A DNA stretch of 64,000 bases from contig CM059432.1 of assembly GCA_030390025.1 (NCBI GenBank), positions 143,966,001 to 144,030,000 on the forward strand, given 5' to 3'. Shown one piece after another: positions 22,476 to 36,118 of this stretch. The number at the start of each line of letters is the position of its first letter. The stretch's first letter is position 1. The notes under the pieces were generated by a model. That model was not told the origin of the DNA. It ran no database searches and saw nothing but the letters and a program-made list of their open reading frames with translations. The stretch comes from Squalus acanthias (lineage: Eukaryota). A program made the translations under genes and the position numbers.

Positions 22476-25461
22476 CCTCCTTTTCTTGCGGGGAAGGGAG
22501 TTGTTACAGGTGATGGGGGAGGGGGGGATTGCTTTATTTTTGGCTTTTTTAGGGGGGTGTATTTATGGGAAGGGCCTTTCTGGAGGTTACCAGACCTTGG
22601 ATAAGATGTTTACGTCGATAAAAAGCCAGGTGGATCATCGTGTTTCAAATCACTGGGAAGCTGGCTGTAAGTGAAGCATTCACGGTCGATCAGCAAAAAT
22701 AGGACAACCCTTAAAGAAGATTGGCTGTGTAAAGTTGATCCCAGAATTTAAGCTTTTACAGGAGCTCACGGAAGCAACACGGCATCGGAAATCTGTCAGA
22801 TTGTTGTAAAAGCCTAACTGGTTCACTAATGTCCTTTAGGGAAGGAATCCTGCCTATCTGTGACCCCAGTCCCACACCAACGTGGTTGATTCTTAACTGC
22901 CTTCTGAAGTTGTGTCAAAATGAAACGTTCTGAGGGTAACTAGGGATGGGCAATAAATGCTGGTCTTGCCAGCGATGCCCACATCCCGAGAATCAATAAT
23001 TAAAACATAAGAATCTAGTATTGTTTGGCAAATCGATGTCAATTATTTTTCGAAGTTGCTTCTCTAGTGCCCCAACATTTAATATATAAAGTGACCCAAA
23101 ATGGAAGGCGAATGACTTGGCCTGAGACCTGTGCTGCCCACCCACCATAATGCTACAGATTGTGTCTGTAGGCCCTGGCACACCTGCTTGGCAATGGCCA
23201 AGAACAGCTGCCTTTGCAGGCTTTGGTTCAGCAGGAGTCCTTTGCAAACTCTGCCATCTGCTGCAAGGAGACCTGCTCTTCACCACCACCACCATCAGGC
23301 AATGCAGATTGCCTTTTTCCTCCATTTTTCTGGCTGTGCTTTTTTTTTTGCAGGGATCCCCTGCAGTATCAGCCAACGTGCTGCCCCACAGATACGTCAG
23401 CCAGTGGCTTGTTGAGTATCGTCAACTCTCGGAGCTGTAACTCTGGCAGTGCCCACTGGAACCTCCACCTGCCCCTTGCACAGCCAGCGGGGGGACGAAA
23501 CTGGGCACGGTCCTGGGAGTGGAGGTGGGGACGATGGCGGGGGGGGGGGGGGGGGGGTGGGGGGGGGGGGGGGTTGCTCAGCCTCCCGCTGCTGGGAATT
23601 CCCACTACTCTGCTTCAATCAGGGCATTACTGCAGGTCGATGACCTGCGGTACACCAGTCTTCAGATTACTGCAAGTGAGTCCCACTGTTGGAAGGGTCC
23701 AGGGGTGAGAAGCAGCCTGGATCCCGAGGACAGGACAGTTTTAAAACAACATCTGGATCTCCTCTGCCCCTCCCCCCCCTGCCCCGCCCCGAGGGGTGCC
23801 AGATGGGTTGGGAGATCCTTGCCAACCTCTGCCCATTGGAGGAGGGTGCATGCTGCTGGATGTTCCGGTTGCATAGGGCAGGCGGGTGGTGAAGGTGTGG
23901 CCGCAGTGAAGCGGGCAAGTGCTGGTCAATGTCCTGCCAGCGAGCCCACAAACTCTTGGGCGGGGGGCGGGGGGGGGCTTCTCTGAGCGAGATGTAGATT
24001 TGAACCCTGACTCTGTACCAATATGTTTTTACATTGATTCACACCCACGCCAGTGAATCTGGCTTCAACTCAAATCAAAAGATTCTGGGATTCCTGGGAA
24101 GAACACCTTTTTAGTGAGATTTTTGTTAGGTAAGGGTATTGAGGGTTATGGAACCGAGGCGGTAGATAGAGTTAAGCTGCAGATCAGCCTTGATCTAATT
24201 GAATGGCGGAACAGGCTCGAGGGGCTGAATGGCCTCCTCCTGGTCCTATGAGCACAGAGAGTTTCACATTCAATTTGCAGCCGGCTGCATGAGACCTTTG
24301 CATGGCAACTGCACCAGAATCGTGCCATTCCGGCTCTCCTCTCTCCAGTGCATCATAACTTGTGCTTACGAAGCACGTCGCCAGGCTGTCTGTGCCAGGA
24401 GCCCACCTGAAATATGAACCAATCTTTTTCTCTCGGGTTCACTTTTTTTTAAATCTCTGGCTCCGAGGTACCTCGCAGTAAGTTTGTTTAAAAAAAGGTA
24501 ACCTAAGAGCAACTTAGGAGTACAAACTCTGGCTCGATGCCGTTGCTCTCAATGATCACAACTGAATGTCTGCGACTGTGCTTTGCACACTGTTTGTCCC
24601 TGACAATAAGCTTTTCATTATTTTCGGGGGCAGGAGAAAATGAAAATCTCAAAAATCAGGCCTCGCAAACCAAAGAATAGGAGGCGCCGTTACTGCTCCA
24701 TATTAACACCCTTGGCACACTCCGAGAGAAAATCAAACACACACACACTGATCTAGAGCAACGAGTTCATTTAGTGACTATACAGACATTGCCGTTTACA
24801 AATACTCAATTTTAATCTTAGGTTTCAAATATTACATTACATTGATATATCAGTTCCTGCAGAAATAAATATATTGCACTTTTAGAAAACAATTCTTAAT
24901 AGATGTAACTCCACCATTTCTTTTGAATATAATCTAGTACATGAGGGAAAACACAGTATGGATTTTTTTCTAATACTTTTTTTTAAAACAGAGTGAACAT
25001 GCTCACAAAAATGGTACGACATTAAATGATGAATACAGCAAGCTGCAGAGAGTGTGAGTCATTCTACTGGCACACACACACACATGTGCTGTATCCGAGA
25101 TGTGGACTGCATATTCTGACCCGCTGAAAGTCTTCAGTTTGTCAGGTGCAGGGTGTTACAGTGCACACGGCAGCTGGTTTCACCAGCACAACACACTCGG
25201 AATGCGGTCGCTGTTTGCAGGAAATGTCCTGCAAGAACTGGGGCTGTGCTGTCCCGGATCACTGGGGTTTGGTACACCTGCCATACGGCAAATCAATCTG
25301 CTCTGGTGTTCACAGACCAGTATAGTGTTTGCAGTTCACTGACAGGCCATGGAATACTACTGGGATGAGAGGGGGCGCTGTCCCATGGTTTGAACGGCCT
25401 CCCTCATCTGATTGCATCTTGTGATAATGCATTGTAGTTGCTGCAACTTAGCTAGCAACGG

Positions 25462-25978
25462 TGGGTTCTGGGAGTTGTGGTCCTGTTGCTGCAATACATT
25501 CTGGGAGTTGTAGACCTGTTCGCTGAAATGCGTTCTGGGAGTTGTAGTCCTGTTGCTGCAATGTATTTTGGGAATTGTAGTCCTGTTGCTGCAATGCACC
25601 CTGGAAGTTGTTGTCCTGTTTGCTGCAATGCAATCAGAGTTGTAGTCCTGTTGCTACAGTGCATTCTGGGAGCTGTAGTCCTGTTGCTACAATGTGTTCT
25701 GGGAGTTGTAGTCCTGTTTTGCTGCAATGCATTCTGGGAGTTGTAGGTCTGTTTGCTGCAATGCATTCTGGGAGTTGTAGGTCTGTTTTGCTGCAATGTA
25801 ACCTGGGCGTTGTAGTCCAGTTGCTTCAATGCATTCTGGGAGTTGTCGTTCTGTTGCAATGTAACCTGGGAGTTGTAGTCCTGTTGCTTCAATGCATTCT
25901 GGGGGATTGTCATGTGGCAATGCATTCTGGGCATTGCAGTCCTGTTGCGACAATGAATTCTGGGAATTGTAGTTCTTT
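25462..25978. repeat. ~33-bp minisatellite (gcattctgggagttgtagtcctgttgctgcaat), ~16 copies, just downstream of the TBX20 stop
   Basis: Tandem degenerate copies counted by eye. Confidence 0.92.
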
Positions 25979-26112
25979 TTTGGCGACGCCCTGCAGGAGC
26001 TATTGCTTGATCTGTGCCTTTGAGTTATTGTTGTACGGCTTGTCCCAGATGCTCTGAGCATCTTTCCCAAATGCCACATTCCCTTGTGTGAAATGCATTT
26101 CTGCTGAGTCAA

Positions 26113-26453
26113 TCATACAAAGTGAGTCATAACAGCTGAGGAGTGTCGCAGTCCCTGAATAGCAGCATACGGCCCCTGCTGGAAATAGTGGTGGTATCTG
26201 GGCATGTGAAATGTAGGGAAGGTTGGTCCACTTCCTTGCATGGAGCTTGCAATCGCCGATGGTGTCAGAGGCATTCCAATGCGGCTGTAGGGTGGGAGGG
26301 AGCCCTGGATGGGGTGAGGGATGGGTGGTGCGAGTGAGGCGGTGCTCGTAGCAATTGCAGTCAGGGACTGAGGGTGCTGGAAACCCGAGAAACTGGAGGA
26401 AGACGCTACCCAGGTGCTCAGCGATAAGTTGTCTGAAGTTGTAAATGCCGATC
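26113..26453 (-). CDS. TBX20: TBX20 coding exon 8 (last)
   Basis: [15 protein letters not shown]...[13 protein letters not shown]; acceptor tcggcag. Confidence 0.95.
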
Positions 26454-29400
26454 CTGCCGAAGTAAAACGCAGAAACATAAAGCAGTGACGCTGATAGTGA
26501 TTGAAGTAGTTCGTTCAGTCAGTACAGGAATCTGCTAATTTAGCGGAACATTTAACTCCTTGAATTACGAGGCTTTGTGTAAAAGGTCATTTACCAGTGA
26601 GAATATTGAATAAAATAACAATGACAAACTAATAGTTACAGGATTATTAGTTTAATAATGTGCTATTCTATGCTTGATGTATAATTTTCAGTATTGATCA
26701 TTAGACATGACATTTAGTTTTGCTAAAATCTTTTGTGCATGTTGAATTTTATAAGGATGCTGCATTATTCGGTCTGTGCGCTCAATCTTTCACATGGAGA
26801 GTAATGGGGGACTTGTAATTGATGCTAAAGTGGAACCGGTAGAAGGATGAGGTGATCATTCGCCCCGGCCAGCTTGCTCCAGCATTCAGGTCCTTTCTCA
26901 GGCTCTTACACAGCCATTTTTATCTTCTCCCTGCCCTAAGCCTAGATCCCACTGCTCTTTGCTGAATTAGAAGTTGATCCAATTCAATGGAGTCAATATT
27001 TGCTAGGTCAAGTACCCCTACACACAAAGGATTTATGATTCAGTTATAACTTCCTCAGTTTATCATCAGATCTGCTCTGCCTTCACCTTATCAACTCCAT
27101 TAGTTTAGAGACTTGGATCATATTTGAATGTTAGCTTGACTCAATTAGCAGCAGCAGCAGCACTCTCCTGAGTCAGAAAGTTTGAACCTCACTCCAAGAT
27201 TTGAGGCCATTATCTAGGCTGACCCTTCAGTGCAGTACTGAGGGAAGACTACCCTTTGACAAAACTGTCTTTCTTGGGTCCATAGTGGATGGCCTCTCAC
27301 TTCCCCACATTGAACTCCATCTGCCACAGTTTTGCAAAAGGGTAGATGGTGTCAGGTACCAATATAAAAAAAAAATCAGTGCTGTCATTGCAGAAGGCAT
27401 TGATGCTATTAGTGTTCAACAACTGAGAGAGTGTGCTAAGCCAGGAAATGTAGAGAAATACCAAAGTCCTAACAGATGGATAGACATGTGATGACCTCAG
27501 GGGTCCTCTGGGATCCCTTCGTTGGCCCAGAGACCCTAGTTTGACCCTAGCGTTATAACTGCTCACAGTCGCCCTAATTTCTGAGTGCGAATAGACTTTT
27601 CCATGGTTCCAGAAAGAACGCTGCTCCAAGACGGAATCATAGGGAGAGCCGCCTCCCTGTCAGCTGGATAGCTTCAGTGGGAAAATTGGCTGCAAATGCA
27701 ATATCCACCATCTTGGTTGCCCGGTTTCACATACTTTATGATTACTGAACTGGTCCGTTGGAAGCAGTACCGTGATCTGGGTCAGATTGCCAAATCTACT
27801 GTATTGGGGTAAATTTGGGAACTGTGCATTGGTGAGTTTCCAGGTCTGCCCAGGACATTCTCTACTGTTGGGAAGGTCCGATAACTCAGTCCAGGCGGGA
27901 CAAGACACCAGCCTGTCTACGGCCAGGACCCAAAATAGGACTCAAATAAGAGTGGCACAGACTATATCTAATGCAGCCAGTAATTAGATGAAAGACACTC
28001 TGTGAAACCTACATCCCAGGAGGGGTAACATTCGCAACTGGTAGGGCAGGAAAAGACCAGCTGGTCCATCCAGCCTGCTCCACACCATGATGACAGCATC
28101 AGGACAAAACACTCCTTACCCAGGTCAGTTAGCATCTATTTGAGAGCGCCATGTAGTATAAAGGAGAGTGTAACAGTGCTGTTACTGTCACACAAGTTCA
28201 ATAAAAGAATTAAATTACTAAGTTGAGGGAATATTTTTTAATAATTCATTTGGAATGCAAAAATATTGCAAAACTAAAATGATTATCAACCAAATTAAAG
28301 AACTTTAATTCCAGCGGAAGGCTCTGTTAATTACTAAAGAGCAGATTTTGTTATAAATAGCGTTCCTTAAATACTTTCTGGACGGACTGAGGTTTTTGAT
28401 GAAATCTGGAGTCCGATGTAGAAGATCGGACAATACATTTTTTGATGCCTTAACTAATCGCTGGATTGAAATTCTTCATGGTGTTTGGGCTAATGTAATC
28501 ACTCCGCTACCTTTCCAGATTCAGTGTTATTATTAATAATGACATCTCTAATTAGAGGGGTTTGTCTAGAAACTATGAAAATATTTATTTAAATGTAACA
28601 GCACAGAGTTGGGTATTCTTCTGCTTTGGTGCTGTCATTTGGACACATTTCAATTCTCCCAGTCTGAGACCCGAGGGATTCTAGAGGAGTCGTTAGATGG
28701 TGATGTCTGGGGTATCATGTTTCAGCTTTGCAAGCTGTGTAGTGTTATTCAGTAAATGGTGTGACACCACCTCGCACTCGCTGCAGTGTAATTGCAACCA
28801 TGCAAACCATGGATTGCTGGGCAACTTTTAAAACCTTTTAATATTAGTCCCTTTGATTTTGTTAATATTAAAATTTAACCAACATCAGAAGCCGGTGAGC
28901 AGAGCTCTGGATTACACGCATATGTTTTCCATGACCAGAGAACTGGCGGGACTGGCAGTATAACTGGGGTCTGATTGCTCGGCTGCAGGTACCAGACTCA
29001 AACATGTACCTGCAGTGTAACTGCACCCTCACATGTTGGTCACTCAGACCTCCAAGATCTAAATTAACAGATTATTGTAATTATATCACAGCACTGACAA
29101 ACTGTATCGCAAATAGTTAGAACTTAATTGTATGTTACAGTTTTCTTTTTGTAAACTCTGTTTGCATGTTTAAAGAGCATCAGTTGTGCACCTACATAAC
29201 CCAACTTTAATTGTCGCTATTTCACGCATAAAGCTAAACCAATCAATGTCTAGGTTTTTAAAAGTGTGACACCTATCTCACACTATCTAAAGCAGTAAGC
29301 AGCACAATCTGTAATGTAATGTCAAAAATAGTTGACTGCTGAACACAATTCTTTGCTGTTTAAGCTTTCTCTCAGTCTGTGACAGATTAGCAGAAATTAG

Positions 29401-32400
29401 CTACAAGTGCCCTCCTAGGTCATTGCACCAAGACTGTCTGCCTCTTAAATGCTGATAGCTATTATTATAATTATATTACCTGCTAAGGTATGTTTCAAGA
29501 AGTTGAAATCGTATTTCAAGAAATCAAATTCAAACCGGCCTCAATTATCATTTTTACAGAAACATTTAGTGACATAATATTCGCAGTTGCTAACCTCTCA
29601 AATATAAATGATCTTGGATTTATATACCTTTCACATCCTCAGGACATCCCAAAGCATTTCAATTAATTACTTTTGGCATTGGCCAAGACCCTTCTCCCTG
29701 CTTTTCTTCAAATAGTGCCAGGGGACTTCTTACGCCCGCCTGAACAAGTAGATAGGACCTCAGTGTAACATCTTGTCCAAAAGACAGCACCTCTGACAGT
29801 GCAGCACTTCCTCAGTATGGCACTGGAGTGTTGGCCCAGTCCCTGGAGTGGGGCTTGAACCCATGAAGTGCTGAGAGCACTGAGCCAAGCTAACACTGCC
29901 ATATGTCAGCATGGGATATGGGAAGGCTGTTACTAAAAGTCTCCATTGACCCCCAGTTCTAGCTCTGAAAGAACCGTACCCCAGAAATTTAAAGCGATGT
30001 GTTGCTATTTTGATGAATACAATTAATCTATTTAATTTTCAAAGGGATGCACACAAAAAACTGGCATCTGGTACATTGGAGACAAAAAGACTTCATTAAT
30101 TGCCTTCTGCTTATATTTTGAATGATTTTGCACCATGTTACCAAAAGTGTTGATTTCCCCAGGTATTCTACGGAGAATGAGAATGCAGGTTGACTGTTCA
30201 GGTGTTGTTAGATTAGATCAAATGTTGTATGGTGCATTGGCCCGAGCAATGTTCCCTCTAATTTTTTTTGGGTGCGTGGTCCCTTTAAGTGGCTCATTCA
30301 AATTTTCACGCATGCGCAGTTTCTCCCATTTAAAAGTCGGCGAGCGGCCCGCGCAGGACCTCCAGACCTCTCACCCTAGCGGGAACTTTGGTGCAGAGGG
30401 ACGGTGTAGCTCTGTGGGTTCAACACTGGGACTGGCTTTGGGGTTAAATTGGGTAGAGCTAAGATGGGGGGGGGGGGGGGGAAAGCAAATCAGCAGTCAA
30501 TGGAAAAGACAATCAGGCAGGTATAAAACAGGCTGATGATTCTTCATCACCCATTTTGGGCTACTGTCAAAGATCAATTTCACCCACTTTGTATCTAAAC
30601 TGCACTTACGGATGAAAGTTTCCTCCCTCTGCCTGGTTCTACATGAAACGGTTTGAGCCGCCTCATTCCTAGAAAAGTGAGTCCAGAGCACAGGATACCC
30701 CAAGGACGGCTGGGTGTGGGAAATGGAGGGATTGGTCGTAAAACACATTGGAGCAGAAATTCTTCACTCCATTTATAATGACATCATTAATGTATTCCTG
30801 TAGGTTTCTGCTGCTGGGTAATTATAGTGAAATCAGGAACAAGATCTTTGGTGGGATTTGAACTTGTCTCCAGAGCATTAGTCCAAGTCTCTGGATTACT
30901 AGTCCAGTAACATAACCACTATGCTACCGTACCCCTGTTACCTAATGAGTGCATTTCTCACCCTGATCTGAATGCAAAGATTCACCCAAAAATGACATAA
31001 GGTAGCACAGAACTTAAAGTAATACTCCCAGGAAGGAGAGCTCCATTGGGTTCACTCTAAACTCTGTACTGTGCCTCTAAGTCAGAAGGTTGTGGGTTCA
31101 CAGTCCCCACTCCAGAGACTTGAGCACAAAATTTAGGCTGACACTCCCAGTGCAGTACTGAGGGAGTGCGGCACTGTCGGAGGTACCGTGTTCTCCGGAT
31201 GAGATATTAAACCGAGGCTCCGTCTACCCTCTCGGGTGGAAGTAAAAGATCCCATGGCTTATTTCGAAGAAGAGCAAGGGAGTTCTCCCTGATGTCCTGG
31301 TCAATATTTATCCCTCAACCAATATCACTAAAACAGATTATCTGGTCATTATCACATTGCTGTTCGTGGGACCTTGCTGTGCACAAATTGGCTGCTGGGT
31401 TTCCTACATTACAACAGTGACTACATTTCAAAAGTACTTAATTGGCTGTAAAGCACTTTAGAACGTCCTGAGATCGTGAAAGGCGCTATATAAATGCAAG
31501 ACTTTCTTTGTACCTCTGGTCTGTGCTGCTTGGCTCTCGTCTCCCAGACCATCATCGTCTCCTCCGTAGGTCCGGATCGGTGACCGTGCGTAGGTGTGTT
31601 TCTGGATTAAATTCTCCACACTTTCTCTGCAGTACAGGAGAGTTAGTGTTAACGTGTGAAACTCGACAGATATCCTGTATCAGTAGATGTCAGATAAATA
31701 CCTGGCCAGCACTGGATTGATTACCTTATCGATTTTCACTTCATGACTGGCGAGATTGTATTACTCATGAGCTGTACGGGCTACACTGAGTTATCCTGCC
31801 TTGCTCAGTGAGTAAATATCGATCAGCAATGTGAAATTAATTTATCTGACCAGTGCACTGTAAAGTTTGAGCAGGATGTCTGGTGATTTCTGCTCACTGT
31901 TTTGGTTATTTATTCAACATTCTGTTTTCTCTGTTTATTACTGCTTTGCATTCCTTCCTATCTATATGCAATATTTTAAAGCCACTCTTCACTCCCTTTA
32001 CATATTTTGTAATTTTGAACTCCCCCCCCCGCCCCCCCAGAGCTGCCTCCTCTCAATCGGCTGTTCCTCCTTGTTTGGCATCATCTGCAAACTTGACCAG
32101 TTTGCATTCGGCAAGTTGTCAGTGTAAAGAGAGAGGGAGTAGGCATTCCAACACTTCCCCCGAACAGCACTGGCTCAAATAGTTTACAGAACTTCATTTA
32201 AAAAAAAGTATTGGTGTTTACTTACAGATCAGTGAATGGGTTATGATTATAATAACAACAATGAAAGATTAAATATCTTTTTTTCTAACCCCAGTAATGA
32301 TTTCATGGGCAACAAAATTAATAAATTCAAGACCTTAGAATAAACAGGTTAACAATAATAGATCTTTTCTCATTTTAAATCCTGTGGTGATAATTCATAG

Positions 32401-35400
32401 AATCATAGAATGATATAACATAGAAGGAGGCCATTCGGCCCATCGTGCCTGTGCCGGCTCTTTGAAAGAGCTCTCCAATTAGTCCCACTCCCCTGCTCTT
32501 TCCCCAGAGCCCTGCAAATTTTTCCCTTTCAAGTATATATCCAATTCCCTTTTGAAAGTTACTATTGAATCTGCTTCCACCACCCTTTTGCATTCCAGAT
32601 CACAACAACTCGCGACATAAAAAAGTGTATTTAATCGCATTTGTTTTGTATTCTGACTATTGGCCTCACCGGCTTTTTAAACCCGGCTCATAATTGAACC
32701 CGTGATGCCGAATCCCTTCTGGAAAAATAAAAACTGAAATACAGACACAAACATCGACAAATATCAAAACACAGACCTCAGGCCAAGATACGGGAATATT
32801 TGGACAAATCTGTCCATGATTTCTTCGATATGTCCACATTAATTGTGACTATTCTTGTTTTAAACACAGATGCACCAGAGTTATCCCGTGTTTACCCCGG
32901 AGTTATCCCGTGTTTACCCCGGAGTTATCCCGTGTTTACCCCGGAGTTATCCCGTGTTTACACCTGTTATTCCGTGTTTACACCTGTTCCGTGTTTACCC
33001 CGTTATTCCGTGTTTATCCCGGAGTTAGCCCGTGTTTATACCGGAGTTATTCCATGTTTACACCTGTTATTCCGTATTTACACCTGTTATCCCGTGTTTA
33101 CCCCAGAGTTATTCCGTGTTTACCCCGGAGTTATTCCGTATTTACACCTGTTATCCCGTGTTTACCCCAGAGTTATTCCGTGTTTACCCCGGAGTTATTC
33201 CGTATTTACACCTGTTATCCCGTGTTTACCCCAGAGTTATTCCGTGTTTACCCCGGAGTTATTCCATGTTTACACCTGTTATTCCGTGTTTACCCCTGTT
33301 ATTCTGTGTTTACCCCGGAGTTATCCCGTGTTTATACCGGAGTTATTCCATGTTTACCCCTGTTATTCTGTGTTTACTCCGGAGTTATCCTGTGTTTACC
33401 TCGGAGTTATTCCGTGTTTACCCGTTATCCCGTGTTTACACTGGAGTTATCCCATGTTTACCCCGGAGTTATTCCGTGTTTACCCCTGTTATTCCGTGTT
33501 TACCCCGGAGTTATCCCGTGTTTATACTGGAGTTATCCCGTGTTTACCCGTTATTCCATGTTTATACCGGAGTTATTCCGTATTTACACCTGTTATCCCA
33601 TGTTTACCCCGGCGTTATCCCGTGTTTACACCTGTTATCCCGTGTTTACACCTGTTATCCCGTGTTTACCCCGGAGTTATCCCGTGTTTACACCGGAGTT
33701 ATTCCGTGTTTACACCAGTTATTCCATGTTTATACCAGAGTTATTCCCTGTCTACCCCGGAGTTATTCCCTGTCTACCCCGGAGTTATTCCGTGTTTGCA
33801 CGCAGTATCTGATCAGTGCCAGTCTCGGGAGAATGTTGTGTAAATACTCTGAGAAAGCCAGACATTTAGCACAAGCGAACACTGGCACTGATTTAGCAGC
33901 GCGCACACCCTGGTTACATGAATAGTTCATTATTCGGATGGTGTAAATTAAATGATTGGGGAGGTAATGGGATTGAATGATCACAGTATCCCAGTGATGG
34001 AGAAACTCAGAATATCTCGTCTACATTTTACAGTCGCCCATAATTCATCAACTCAAACTTGTGTTAAAAACATTCACTCTGTCAGTTCACATATCAGTTC
34101 TGTCAAAGTTAACTTGTATTTTATATCGGAGTGCTTGGCTTATTAAAAAAAAACACCTGTACAATCCGAAACCTGGGACCTGAATTTGCCAGAGGGACAT
34201 TCCCAGTCTACAGATCAAAGTTTGTAATTGAAATTGCAGTTATTAAATGGGTGTATTACCATTAATTTTCTGACAATATCTATCTAGTTCTCCTGTTAAA
34301 AACCCGCATTGGTCCCGGTTCTAAAGCGGTTCTTAAAAAGGAGTCAGCGGCCCGCTCTCGGGGAAAGTGCAGTTGCTGTCGGTGTTCCGATTGGAACGTG
34401 TTTTATCTGCGGGGCCGGGGCCGGGGCTGAGACGGGTCTGTGTGTCACAGCTTTCAATCAGTTACAGGGGGGAGAATCGAATTACTGGGCTGTTTGTCCC
34501 AGTAACTGGCTGTAAACTAATCACATCTCTGAGGAGCCGAGCCATCGATCACATCCAATCCTCCCGCTGAACAGTCTTCAGACAAATGAGACTTTTAAAC
34601 ACTGGCCCAGCAGTTACAAAGCTGGACTCCCATGTGTACCGTTCGCTACCTTCAACCAAGTACTTTTCGTCTCGTTTCTTAAAGACAACACATTTATCAG
34701 GAATCAAAAGGGAAGTAAATGTAATTTTCAGGGTTTTTTCCCCCTCCCCAGTCTTGTAAACAGCTCGGAATTCGCAGTAATAGGATTTCCGGAAGGTTTC
34801 CATCCATCGCTGCTGGGGTTTTTTTTTATTCGTTCATGGGATGTGGGTGTCACTGGCAAGGCCAGCATTTATTGCCCATCCCTAATTGCCCTCGAGAAGG
34901 TGGTGGTGAACCGCCTTCTTAAACCGCTGCAGTCCGTGTGGTGAAGGAACTCCCACAGTGCTGTTAGGGAGGGAGTTCCAGGATTTTGACCCAGCGACGA
35001 TGAAGGATCGGCCGATATACTTCCAAGTCAGGATGGTGTGTGACTTGGAGGGGAACATGGAGGTGGTGGTGTCCCCATGCGCCTGCTGCCCTTGTCCTTC
35101 TAGGTGGAAGAGGTCGCGGGTTTGGGAGGTGCTGCCGAAGAAGCCTTGGCGAGTTGCTGCAGTGCATCTTGTAGATGGTGCACACTGCAGCCACGGTACG
35201 CCGGTGGTGGAGGGAGTGAATGTTTTAGGTGGTGGATAGGGTGCCAATCAAGCGGGCTGCTTTGTCCTGGATGGTGTTGAGCTTCTTGAGTGTTGTTGGA
35301 GCTGCACTCATCCAGGCAAGTGGAGAATATTCCATCACACTCCTTACTTGTGCCTTGTAGATGGTGGAGAGGCTTTGGGGAGTCAGGAGGTGAGACACTC

Positions 35401-35946
35401 GCCGCAGAATACTTAGCCTCTGGCCTGCTCTTGTTGCCACAGTATTTATGTGGCTGGTCCAGTTAAGTTTCTGGTCAATGGTGACCCCCAGGATGTTGGT
35501 GGTGGGGGATTCGGCGATGGTAATGCCGTTGAATGTCAACGGGCGGTGGTTAGACTCTCTCGTTGGAGATAGTCATTGCTTGGCACATGTGTGGCACGAA
35601 TGTTACCTGCCACTTATCAGCCCATTATTGCATAGAATTGTGGGATTTTTTTTAAAGACAGACTCGCATGTTTCGAAAGCCAACAAAGACCACCTGAAAA
35701 CTGTGAGAGTGACAAAAAGGTACACGGAAATGGGGCGGGCTTTGCAGAAAGAGAATGGGGAGACTTGGATCCATGTTTGTATGTTTGTACAGAAGGCGTA
35801 GAATCACAGATACCATGTTAACAGATCTCAGCTGATTTCACAGGTACACCAGCTGCACACTGTCCACATCAGACAGGCCCGATAGAGTCTGATACTGTGT
35901 CTATATATACATGCCAGTGTGTGTGTGTGTGTGTGTATGTACAGGG

Positions 35947-35992
<46 letters not shown>

Positions 35993-36082
35993 ACAGGGCC
36001 GCGTGTGTCTGTGTTAATATACAGGGTTGTGCGTGTGTGTGTGTGTATACAGGGTTGTGCGCGTGTGTGTGTATATACAGGG

Positions 36083-36118
<36 letters not shown>

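Noticed and set aside
23100..23990. GC-rich stretch with poly-G and several short ORFs
   Set aside because: Probably a decayed repeat; no motif I can identify.
25452..26112. Regularly spaced ~33-bp repeats resembling a CRISPR array, and overlapping ORFs
   Set aside because: Units are head-to-tail with no unique spacers, there are no cas genes, and the context is eukaryotic.
32800..33925. ~300-350-aa repetitive ORFs
   Set aside because: Translations of a minisatellite.
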